Shown piece by piece: positions 50,682 through 59,186 of a DNA stretch of 64,000 bases. The position numbers and the translations under genes were made by a program. The notes under the pieces are model-generated. The model was not told the DNA's origin. It saw only the letters and a program-made list of their open reading frames with translations, and did no database searches. The stretch covers positions 3,808,001-3,872,000 of the forward strand of contig CBDFLE010000006.1 in the NCBI GenBank assembly GCA_965248925.1, written 5' to 3'. Every line of letters starts with the position of its first letter. Position 1 is the stretch's first letter. The stretch is from Candidatus Multivoradales bacterium (GTDB taxonomy: Bacteria; Acidobacteriota; Thermoanaerobaculia; Multivoradales; J023).

Positions 50682-52418
50682 CTAGTCTTGCAGGTAGATG
50701 AAAAACGCCCCCACTCGGGCGACGGCAACGCTGTCTTGCAACCACGACAGCTGATTCTCCGGCAGCCACACCAGCTGTCCCTCTTGGACGGTGAAATAGG
50801 GACGGCCGACAACGAACGAGGACGAGACCGCCAGCCAGCCGCCCGAAGCCTTGGCATCGGCAGCCGCGACCGGCAGATCGTAGACCGCTGGATCTACCCG
50901 CGAAGCGGCGATCACCCTGATCTGCTCGATGCCCTGGGTCTCGACATAGTCGTGCAGGCGGCGAAAGTCCTGCCCCCAGTCGTTGTTGGAGTCGCTCAGC
51001 CAGTGGTGGCCGCCGCGCGCACCGCCGCCCAGCAGGTTGACGAATTGCAGATAGCGCGGCGCCACCGCCAGGGTCGCAACTAGCAACCCTCCAGCCAACA
51101 ACAGACCACTGGCCCGAGCCACCTCCGCTCGCCGTCCCTGGCCAACTTGCAATAGGCTGGCCAAAGTCGCGCCGGCCGGAATCAGCAACAAGGTGGTCGC
51201 GGCGAGCATGTGGCGGACACCGATCTGCTGCGAGTTGAAGAAGATGTTGGCGGCGAAAACCACTAGCACCGGCAGACCGACAAAGAGCAGCGGATCACAG
51301 CTGTGGCCGGGCTTGGATTGGCGAAACCAGCGGCCCACACCGAGGGCCATCAGCACTAGTAGCGCCAACGGCGTCTTCAGCGCCAGAGCCACCAGGTGGT
51401 AGTACCACCAGCCCTCTGCGGACAGTTCGCCGGCCAGGTAGTACAACGGAATCTTAGTCGTCCCACCGGTCGACAGCACCTTGTCGACTCCGCGCAAATA
51501 GGGCGCCGGCAGCGGCAGGCGCAGGCCGGGCAGAGTTTCCGCGAGGGAGGCGAAGGAGCTATCGCCGGCCCATTCGATGGTGCGCCAGGGCGCCAGAAAA
51601 CCGGCAAAACCATAGCTCAGGCTCAAACTCAGCAGGGCGATCAGCAGCACCGCTGTCAGTCGCACCAGCTGTGCCCGCCCTGGTCCGCCCTGGCCGCTGC
51701 CGCGGCGCCAGGCGAGCAGCAAGAGAATCACCACCAGCGGCACCAGCAGGGCATTCCACAGCTTGATGGCGTTGGCCAGGCCGAGGCAGATGCCGAGTGC
51801 CAGTGTCGCCGGCCAAGTCGCTCGTCGTCGCAGTCGCCAAGTGGCATAGAGGGTGCCTACGAAACCCAGAGTACCGACCACGTCGAGGGTCACCAAATGG
51901 CCATGAGCCAGCAAGTCTGGAGTCAGCACGAAGAGAAACAGGCACCCTCGCCCGGCCGCTCTGCCGCCCAGCTCGCCAGCGAAGCGGTAGGTTGTCACGG
52001 CCAGTAGTAGCAGCCAGAAGACGGTCATCGCGCGAGCTTTGGCGAAAGTATGATGGTAGACCTCGGCATGGCGCTGCATGAAGTCGAAGGCCAGGCGCCA
52101 GTGGAAGCGGCCGAGTTCTTGATTGATTAATAGATCATCGGCCATCACTGGCAGCACTGCCAGCATGCGGCCCAAAGGCGGGTTGATCGGATCGACGCTA
52201 AAGTCGTGGCCAGCGAGAAAATAGAGCCCCAGGGGCAGGTGGACCGTCTCGTCGACCGTCACCGAGTCGCGGCTCGCGGCGATAGTGACTTGCAGCAGCA
52301 AGAGCCCCAGCAGTGCCAGCACCAGCCAGCGTAGCTGCCGCGGCGGGTCGACAGTGGACTCGATCGCAGCCGCTTTGGTGGCTTCAAGATCGTGCATGGG
52401 TCGATGGCTTCCCGGCAT
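50682..52418 (-). CDS. GT-C fold (ArnT/PMT-like) glycosyltransferase
   Basis: TVDE..H, NPPL, LLAHGHLVTLD, many TM helices, DSNNDWGQD. Confidence 0.85.
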   Translation of the reverse strand: MPGSHRPMHDLEATKAAAIESTVDPPRQLRWLVLALLGLLLLQVTIAASRDSVTVDETVHLPLGLYFLAGHDFSVDPINPPLGRMLAVLPVMADDLLINQELGRFHWRLAFDFMQRHAEVYHHTFAKARAMTVFWLLLLAVTTYRFAGELGGRAAGRGCLFLFVLTPDLLAHGHLVTLDVVGTLGFVGTLYATWRLRRRATWPATLALGICLGLANAIKLWNALLVPLVVILLLLAWRRGSGQGGPGRAQLVRLTAVLLIALLSLSLSYGFAGFLAPWRTIEWAGDSSFASLAETLPGLRLPLPAPYLRGVDKVLSTGGTTKIPLYYLAGELSAEGWWYYHLVALALKTPLALLVLMALGVGRWFRQSKPGHSCDPLLFVGLPVLVVFAANIFFNSQQIGVRHMLAATTLLLIPAGATLASLLQVGQGRRAEVARASGLLLAGGLLVATLAVAPRYLQFVNLLGGGARGGHHWLSDSNNDWGQDFRRLHDYVETQGIEQIRVIAASRVDPAVYDLPVAAADAKASGGWLAVSSSFVVGRPYFTVQEGQLVWLPENQLSWLQDSVAVARVGAFFIYLQD

Positions 52419-53475
52419 CTTGCGACCTTTCTCGGTGGCCCCAGGCGGCAGCGCCGTCGGCGATCCGCCAAAAGGCGCGGCCGAAGAAAAAGATGAGTGG
52501 CCGATGAAGGCCGTCGAGAGCGGTCGCCAGCTGCCACTTCTGGCGCCGCACGGTGGCTGGCCCCAAGCGTTCGGCGCGGTAGGGCACCTGCCGTGCTCGC
52601 TGCACTAGTCGGCGGCCAGGATCGAGTTCATCGGCGGCATGCCGGTAGTCGGGGTCGTCGAGTCCCAGCCGGATCAGCGCCCGCAGCCAGATTGCGCTCG
52701 CCTTGCGCGCCCGCCAGTGCCGCGCTCGACGCACCAGCTCGACGGTATCCACCTCTCCGCCAGCGATCAACAGCAAGCTGTCGACAACTGATCGCAGCTG
52801 GACAAAGAAGCCGTCTTGAGCGGCGTGGGTGGCCAAGCTGAGCAGCAGATCGGTGGCCTCAGGCAGCAGGAGGCCGGAGTAGCTAGAGGCCGCGGTAGCA
52901 CGCTCGAACAGCCCGTCGTGATCCACCGCGAAGAGTCGTGGGTCGTGAACCTGGCGATGTAGGTCCACCACTGCTTGACCGACATCGACATGGACTTCGT
53001 GAAAACGGCGGGCGGTCAGCGGGCGCTGCCGCGACCATTCGATCTTGCCGCCCGCCTGGCGCACCGCCACCAGCGCCTCTTGCCAGTGCTCAGCCGGCAC
53101 CAGCAGGTCGGCGTCGCCCATCGGTCGGCGGCCTGGGTCGCCATAGACCGTTTCCACTAGGGCTACCCCCTTGAGGGCCAGGGTCGGCACCTGATGCTCT
53201 GCCAGTGCCCTCAGCAATGGCCGCAGACGCGCTTCGAGCAGCAAGTTGAAGGCGGTGGTCTGGCGGTGTTGCTGGCGCAGCTGGTGGTCGATCTCGGGGT
53301 TGCTCGCCGCGAGCCGCCGCCGCCGCAACCGTGCGCCGAGCAGTGGCGCCAAGCCCTCACTGCGGGCCAATCCGGCAAGTTCCAGATCCACTTTCGGCGG
53401 CTCGCCGGTGATGGCGCCCGCGGCTAGTAGGAGTCGCCGGACGTTGAGCGCGCTGCGGTTGGGCAGCGCCCTCAA
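52384..53475 (-). CDS. Nucleotidyltransferase family protein (NTP_transf_5-like)
   Basis: LKGVAL..VY.DPG.RPMGDADLLV, VDLH; probable TTG start overlapping the methyltransferase stop. Confidence 0.8.
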   Translation of the reverse strand: MRALPNRSALNVRRLLLAAGAITGEPPKVDLELAGLARSEGLAPLLGARLRRRRLAASNPEIDHQLRQQHRQTTAFNLLLEARLRPLLRALAEHQVPTLALKGVALVETVYGDPGRRPMGDADLLVPAEHWQEALVAVRQAGGKIEWSRQRPLTARRFHEVHVDVGQAVVDLHRQVHDPRLFAVDHDGLFERATAASSYSGLLLPEATDLLLSLATHAAQDGFFVQLRSVVDSLLLIAGGEVDTVELVRRARHWRARKASAIWLRALIRLGLDDPDYRHAADELDPGRRLVQRARQVPYRAERLGPATVRRQKWQLATALDGLHRPLIFFFGRAFWRIADGAAAWGHRERSQDAGKPSTHARS

Positions 53476-54179
53476 GGGAGTCTCTCGATGCAGGCGAAGA
53501 GGTGGGTGTTGAGCAGCCGCAAGCCTTGGAGTAGCTCGGCGGCCTGGCGGCTCAGGGGTACCAAGCGACGGGCCAACGGTGGTGCCAGGGTGACCCGGCG
53601 GGTCCAGATCCGGCAGCTGGGAAAGAGCTCGTCGAGTTCTCGCCGTCGCACTCCGCGGACTTGCGAATTGGCTGGGTTGTCCCAGCTGAAGTCGTACCAC
53701 AGGATGCGCCCGTTGGGAGCCAGTACGCGCAGCATCTCGGCCGCCACCGCGCGGCGTACGTCGGGCTCCAGGATCGAGGTGAAGACGGTGCTCTGCAGGA
53801 CCACTTCGAAGCTAGCGTCGGCCCACGGCAGCTCGCTAGCATCGCCGAGGCGCAGGTCGGCCCCAGGGAAGCGCTCGCAGGCGCCACGCCAGCGTTCTTC
53901 ATCTAACTCGATCGCCGCCAGCCGGAGGCGGTCGGCGCCAAAGGCTTCGAAGCTGGCCAACCACTGACCGCCGCCGCAGCCCACTTCCAGCACCCGTCGT
54001 TCAGCCAGGGGCAGTAGGCCACCGTGGCGCAGAGCCGCGGCCAAGGCCCGTTCCTGGGTGTGGCGGGCAAAGAGGTTGGCCGGCCGATCGAGAGCATAGA
54101 AACCTGGTTCGATGTCCCGTTGTCGGCGCTGATACTCGCGCCGAATGCGTTCGGCCTCGCGCTGCCTCCGATCGCTCAT
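53472..54179 (-). CDS. Class I SAM-dependent methyltransferase
   Basis: VLEVGCGGG, DASELPW.DASF, RVLAPNG. Confidence 0.9.
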   Translation of the reverse strand: MSDRRQREAERIRREYQRRQRDIEPGFYALDRPANLFARHTQERALAAALRHGGLLPLAERRVLEVGCGGGQWLASFEAFGADRLRLAAIELDEERWRGACERFPGADLRLGDASELPWADASFEVVLQSTVFTSILEPDVRRAVAAEMLRVLAPNGRILWYDFSWDNPANSQVRGVRRRELDELFPSCRIWTRRVTLAPPLARRLVPLSRQAAELLQGLRLLNTHLFACIERLP

Positions 54180-54190
54180 GGCGGGCTCGC

Positions 54191-54439
54191 TCAGAGCTCC
54201 CGCAAGCGTTGTTCGAGGGTGCTCACCGAGGCGAAGTCGTCGGCAATCAGGTCGCCAGGAGCCACCTTGCCGGGCAGTATCTGCCCGAGTTCGGCGATCA
54301 ACTCGACCAGCGAAAAACTATCCAGATAGCCTTCCTGGAAGAGCTGGCTGTCGCGGTCGAGAGCGCTCGGCTCAAGTCCTTTGCGGGTCTCGATGAACTT
54401 GCGAACAATAGTCAGCAGGGCGGTCTGATCGATGTCCAT
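54191..54439 (-). CDS. Acyl carrier protein
   Basis: 82 aa; LF..GYLDSFSLVELI phosphopantetheine motif. Confidence 0.88.
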   Translation of the reverse strand: MDIDQTALLTIVRKFIETRKGLEPSALDRDSQLFQEGYLDSFSLVELIAELGQILPGKVAPGDLIADDFASVSTLEQRLREL

Positions 54440-54448
54440 AAGCGGTAC

Positions 54449-56152
54449 TCAGTCCTCGGTTAGGGTGGTGGGTTGCAGGGCCATCGCGACAGGGCCGAAG
54501 CGGCCTTGCAGGTACCATTCGCGATTGCCGTCGCGGGCCAGCTTACCGCTGGTCGACTTGCGCAGTCTCCCTCGAGCTTGCAAACGGGCGTCCCAAAGAT
54601 CGAGGTCGAGTGCCGCCGGCACCGCACGGCGAATATCGCGCAGCAACGCGGGCCAGTCTTCCTCGGGCCGTTGACTTTCTGCCAGCACCACCAAGGTCTC
54701 GGTGGCCGGACCCACCGGCCGGACGCCGAAACACACCACTCGGCCGGGCTGGATGCCAGCGATCTCGCCGACCAGCTGCTCGACCTCCTGCGGATAAACA
54801 TTGCGACCGGCGACGATCACCAAATCCTGGTGCCGGCCGGTGACCCACAGCCGCCCCCGCGGGTCGACAAAGCCCAGGTCGCCGCTGTCGTAGAAACCTT
54901 GTGGGTCGATCAGGTCGTTGTTGAGGTCGTTGCGGCGGAAATAGCCGTCGAATAGAAACGGTGCCCGGATCAGTACCCTGCCGGCAGAATACGGCGGCAG
55001 CCCAGCGCCCGACCCGTCGACGATGCGCACTTCGCAGCCCGCTAGACAAAGCCCGCTCGACAGCAGAGTCAGGCTCTCGCCCGCACTACGCTTCACCTCC
55101 TCCGCCCGATGCTCGCGCTGCCAGATGGTGCGGTCGATCCGTAACTCTGTGGGTGGCTCATCCAGGCCGCTGGCGGTCACCGCGAAGACCGTCTCAGCCA
55201 TCGCGTAGCAGGTGCCCAGGGCCCGCTGCTCGAAGCCATCTTCGCGATAGCGCTGGGCAAAGCCACCCATCGCCTCAGCGGTCACCGGCTCCGAGCAGTT
55301 GATCAACTGGCGCAACGACGAGAGGTCGAAACTGCCCGCTGGCTGGCGCACTCGCTGAGCGAGAAAAGCGAAGGCGAAGTTCGGCAACCACGACAGGGTA
55401 GCTCGATACTCGCCGACCGTCTCCAACCACAGCGCTGGGTTGGCCACCCACTCGAAGGGTGACATCCATGCCACCGGCACGCCGGCGATCAGCGGGTTGA
55501 GGAAGCAGGCGACAAACCCCATATCGTGGTAGAGCGGCAGCCAGCTAGCCACCAGATCGTCCTCTTGCCGACCGAGGACTTGCCACAGGGCATCGGCATG
55601 GCGCCGCACCGCGCCATCAGAAAGCATGACCCCCTTCTGCATGCCGGTGGTGCCCGAGGAGTGTTGCAGCAAGAGCAGATCCGTATCGCCATGCTCGAAG
55701 ACCTCCGGCGCCGGGCCGGAATCAAGAGCCAGCTCTGTGTAAGTGCGGTGCTCGCCCAGCAAGTCGCTTTCGAACTCGATCTCCGGCGCCAATGCCAGTA
55801 GCTTGCCGTCAACCCGTTCGAGCAGAGCACCTAGGCGTTGCCAGTAGAGTTCGCGATCCATCCGCACGCTGGGCTCGGCCAGCACCGTCGGCACGGCCCC
55901 TACCCAGCAAGCCCCTAGCCAGGCGGCGTAGAAGTCGATCTGGTGGGTGCCAACCATCACCACGATGTCGCCGCTGCCCACCCCGGCCTGGCGGTAGGCC
56001 GCCGCCGCCCGCCCGGCGGCTCCAGCGACTTCGGCGAAAGTGAGCGAGATCGTGGGCTTGCGGCGCGAGACACAGTGGACGCAGGGGACGTCTGGCTGGG
56101 TGTCGGCTTGGTGGAAGAAGCGGCGCAGTACGCTGTCTGATCGGTGTTTCAC
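54449..56152 (-). CDS. Fatty acyl-AMP ligase-like adenylating enzyme
   Basis: LQHSSGTTGMQKG, SWLPLYHDMG, PNFAF, YAMAE, SGDLG, RKSTSGK. Confidence 0.88.
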   Translation of the reverse strand: MKHRSDSVLRRFFHQADTQPDVPCVHCVSRRKPTISLTFAEVAGAAGRAAAAYRQAGVGSGDIVVMVGTHQIDFYAAWLGACWVGAVPTVLAEPSVRMDRELYWQRLGALLERVDGKLLALAPEIEFESDLLGEHRTYTELALDSGPAPEVFEHGDTDLLLLQHSSGTTGMQKGVMLSDGAVRRHADALWQVLGRQEDDLVASWLPLYHDMGFVACFLNPLIAGVPVAWMSPFEWVANPALWLETVGEYRATLSWLPNFAFAFLAQRVRQPAGSFDLSSLRQLINCSEPVTAEAMGGFAQRYREDGFEQRALGTCYAMAETVFAVTASGLDEPPTELRIDRTIWQREHRAEEVKRSAGESLTLLSSGLCLAGCEVRIVDGSGAGLPPYSAGRVLIRAPFLFDGYFRRNDLNNDLIDPQGFYDSGDLGFVDPRGRLWVTGRHQDLVIVAGRNVYPQEVEQLVGEIAGIQPGRVVCFGVRPVGPATETLVVLAESQRPEEDWPALLRDIRRAVPAALDLDLWDARLQARGRLRKSTSGKLARDGNREWYLQGRFGPVAMALQPTTLTED

Positions 56153-56418
56153 GACGTCATTGGCTCAAGACTCTTGGCGGTTCAAACGAGTAGGCAGAGT
56201 CTACGTGGAGTGGATGCTGTTGCCCAGCCGCGTTGGCGGCTCGCCAAATTGAAGACCAAGCCAGGGGTGCCGACGCTCTCGTTCCTCTTCCATTCCCCGT
56301 GGGGACTTGACGATTCCCCTCGTACAGGTTGTATGATCCGCCAGATTCCAGAAGTTCAATAGTTTGCCTTCGTGGCGGGAATCCGCGAACAATATCTACC
56401 CTGACAGGGGGTGTCTCT

Positions 56419-58020
56419 GTGGCCGCGACCCAGAAAGAGAGTATTTCGCTCTATGTCGAATACATCCATCGAATAGCCCACCTTGCGACTGCAGACCGTG
56501 ATTACGGCAGTTTGGAGCTTGTGGCGCACCTCTTCGCCATTGCCCACCAGCTGTCGGTGGATGACAACGATCTCGATGGGGGATCTTTAGGGCACATTAT
56601 TCAATCGCTGGAGCATCTCCAAGGGCTTCTTCTGGCGCTACCGAAGACACTTTCGCCGAAGGAACTATACTGGCGTTTGATCGAGGCTATGGATGCCGTT
56701 GAGAATGTCAGCTGTCAGTCTAAAGATGAGGGGTATTCTGCTGAGCCTGTCGAGATCGACTCTTTCGGGAGCGGTAGCCATCGTCTTACCGGGCGCGTTA
56801 GCTATTGGATCCGGCCCCCTAGCGCCTTCAGGGCTTGGCGCCTGGAGCTGCTTGAAGCGGCGCGAGATGCTGGCAAGCACACCTCGCGGGAGCCGTTGGA
56901 AGAGCCGGCGCGGCATCTCAAGCGCCTCGTATGTCACTGGATGAAGGGGAAGATTGAGGTCTCTTTGGCCCATCCTGCCGATTCCGGTGCGCCCCTCTTC
57001 CGTTCAAGCGGATCCTGGATCGAAGACGGCGAGCCTTTTCGCATTGCCCTCTGCCCGTTGGATGCTCGAGCGCATCCGAAATTCGAAATGGTCAAAAACG
57101 ACACGAGATTCCTGGTCCACCAAGCTGCTCCTATGGTTGTGAAGCCGGGTTTTTCTGTTCCTGAACAGCTCCAGGTCATCCTCGAGGCTTGCCGAAAGAC
57201 TGGCGTCCATATCCTTGTGCTTCCCGAACTCACAGTTGATCTCGAGGCTCGCGAGTGGCTTTCCAGGCACCTTTCAGAGTCTCCCGAAAATCTTCCCTAC
57301 GGGGTAGTAGCGGGGAGTTTCCACATCGGCGCATCCCTTCCCCGCAATGAAAGCGTATTTCTTGGCCATACCGGGGAAGTTCTCCTATCCCACCACAAGC
57401 GGGGCCGTTTCAGCGTTTCTGGGCACGAAGTGGAGGATCTTTGCAAGCGTGGTTTCTTTCACGATGAGGCGTGGATTCTATCGCGGCTCGCCCAGCTCCC
57501 TGCTGACATTGATGAGCATATTGATCCAGGCAAGGGGCTCTCGCTGCTCGAGACGGACCTAGGGCAGATGGCAGTACTCATCTGCGCCGACGGCATTGAT
57601 GAGCAGGATCGGCCCGAGCTGCACCAAGAGATCGCTTCGCTGCGACCCGATTTTGTCTTCCTCCCTTCGATGACCCCGAAGACCGCCCGTTTCGACGAAC
57701 TCGCGAGTCGACTTGAGCGTCTGGGAGTCTCTACTCTTTTCGTCAACGCCGCATGTGTGTGCCCGTCTACCGAGACTCTCGCTGCCTTCTGCCTTGGCAT
57801 CCACGAAGACCAAGATGGCCCGGCTACCCACGTACGTTGGTGTGGCGATTGCCTGCAGCAGTGGGACCGCAAGCGAAAGCCAGAAGGATGGGCAGAGATT
57901 GGTGATCGGGGTGGTGCGGTGAGCTGGCTCGAGAGCGGTGGTGGCCAGAAACTCGGCATGGTGGTGGATCTCAGCGCCTATCGAACTCGAAACACCAGAA
58001 GGAACGCCACATCGATCTGA
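56419..58020 (+). CDS. Carbon-nitrogen hydrolase (nitrilase-fold) domain protein with an N-terminal extension
   Basis: ILVLPEL (Glu), HHK (Lys) and VLICAD (Cys) triad positions; RBS AGGGGG before GTG 56419. Confidence 0.75.
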   Translation: MAATQKESISLYVEYIHRIAHLATADRDYGSLELVAHLFAIAHQLSVDDNDLDGGSLGHIIQSLEHLQGLLLALPKTLSPKELYWRLIEAMDAVENVSCQSKDEGYSAEPVEIDSFGSGSHRLTGRVSYWIRPPSAFRAWRLELLEAARDAGKHTSREPLEEPARHLKRLVCHWMKGKIEVSLAHPADSGAPLFRSSGSWIEDGEPFRIALCPLDARAHPKFEMVKNDTRFLVHQAAPMVVKPGFSVPEQLQVILEACRKTGVHILVLPELTVDLEAREWLSRHLSESPENLPYGVVAGSFHIGASLPRNESVFLGHTGEVLLSHHKRGRFSVSGHEVEDLCKRGFFHDEAWILSRLAQLPADIDEHIDPGKGLSLLETDLGQMAVLICADGIDEQDRPELHQEIASLRPDFVFLPSMTPKTARFDELASRLERLGVSTLFVNAACVCPSTETLAAFCLGIHEDQDGPATHVRWCGDCLQQWDRKRKPEGWAEIGDRGGAVSWLESGGGQKLGMVVDLSAYRTRNTRRNATSI

Positions 58021-58025
58021 AAGTT

Positions 58026-58141
58026 TCTGCAAACTGATGACTGTAGAATGTCGTATACTGTATTGACAACATGGGGATCTAACTGCAAATATCTGCAAAT
58101 AGTCTTCGGGGTAAGCTACAAATAGCGGCGCAGATGCAAAC
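58026..58141 (+). promoter_or_regulatory. Putative sigma70 promoter with (C/A)T(G/A)CAAA direct repeats
   Basis: TTGACA at 58063; CTGCAAATAT-CTGCAAATAG at 58083-58102; further copies near 58026, 58116 and 58134. Confidence 0.5.
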
Positions 58142-58196
58142 TTGCCGCATCTCACGTGCCTTGGGTGCCCCTGCCCAAGGACGACGGAGACCAGCG

Positions 58197-59138
58197 ATGA
58201 CTCGACACCAACGTCCTGCGAATGACCTTTCCACGTTAGGCCTTCAACTACGTTCCTCCCTCGAAGCTCTCACCGACCAAGCCGAAGGCGGTGATGCCCG
58301 CGACTATCGGCGCTTTCTTCGCCAGATCATTTCTCGGGGCTGGCGTGCCGCCGTGGTCGGTAGTGCGGACGCGCTACGCGAGGCGATCAACGTCCTCCGG
58401 GAAGCCCGTCCAGTGGTTGACGATGCGTTGCCAGCTCTCACACCTAGGTCTCAGGCTGCGACCGAAGTTCAACAGGCCCTGATGGCTCTTTACACTGGCG
58501 AGGATGAGCTGCGCGAAACCGAGTTCGAGCAGCGCTGGAGCGACCGTGGTCGCAATCCGACCGAGCGTGCCATCCTCAAAGTACTGGCTAGTGTCGCAGA
58601 ACCCTCGCGCCAAGGCGAGGTTCACCAGCAGTTGAAGCTTGGCGCATCAAGCGTTACAGCAAGTCGGGTCGGCCAGCTGCTGCGCGAACTGCACCAGCAT
58701 GGTTATGCCATCCGCCGGATGGTCCGCGCTCGCGGTAACAAGGAGGTTGCCCACTACGCTTTGGCACCTCGTGGTTTCACTCTGTGCAGACATCTCGGGA
58801 TTGCGACGCCGACACCCGCGACTATCGCCAAGCTGGAGTCCTCAGCTAAGCCAACTCTGGCTCATGAGACCGAGAAGGTCTTGGCGGCGATGTCCAGGGC
58901 TTGGGCGCAGTCCCAGCCCGGAGTGCAGAATTGGAGGCGTCGTGTGTTGAAAGGAATCTTGCAGAGCACGGCGAATGCAGCCTTCGTCAAGAATTCCTTG
59001 GAGAGATTCGGTGCCCCAGCAAGAGAGGTTCAGCACGAAGTTACTCAAATCGAAGACTTCCAGGCCGTGAGGCGAGTCGCCGAGCCGCAAGTCGATGGCT
59101 CTAGCAGGAGAGGAGCTGAGTTGGTGGCTCTGGGCTGA
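58197..59138 (+). CDS. Winged-HTH domain protein
   Basis: TERAILKVL...QGEV...ASRVGQLLREL..GY...YALAPRG MarR-like wHTH between helical domains. Confidence 0.7.
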   Translation: MTRHQRPANDLSTLGLQLRSSLEALTDQAEGGDARDYRRFLRQIISRGWRAAVVGSADALREAINVLREARPVVDDALPALTPRSQAATEVQQALMALYTGEDELRETEFEQRWSDRGRNPTERAILKVLASVAEPSRQGEVHQQLKLGASSVTASRVGQLLRELHQHGYAIRRMVRARGNKEVAHYALAPRGFTLCRHLGIATPTPATIAKLESSAKPTLAHETEKVLAAMSRAWAQSQPGVQNWRRRVLKGILQSTANAAFVKNSLERFGAPAREVQHEVTQIEDFQAVRRVAEPQVDGSSRRGAELVALG

Positions 59139-59186
59139 GGCTGGAGGGAAGTTCTACCGTTATATGCTGCGAGGCAGGTCTGAATA

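Noticed and set aside
58058-58073. LexA/SOS box (CTGTATTGACAACATG)
   Set aside because: The right half does not match ACAG, and the E. coli-type box may not apply to this lineage.
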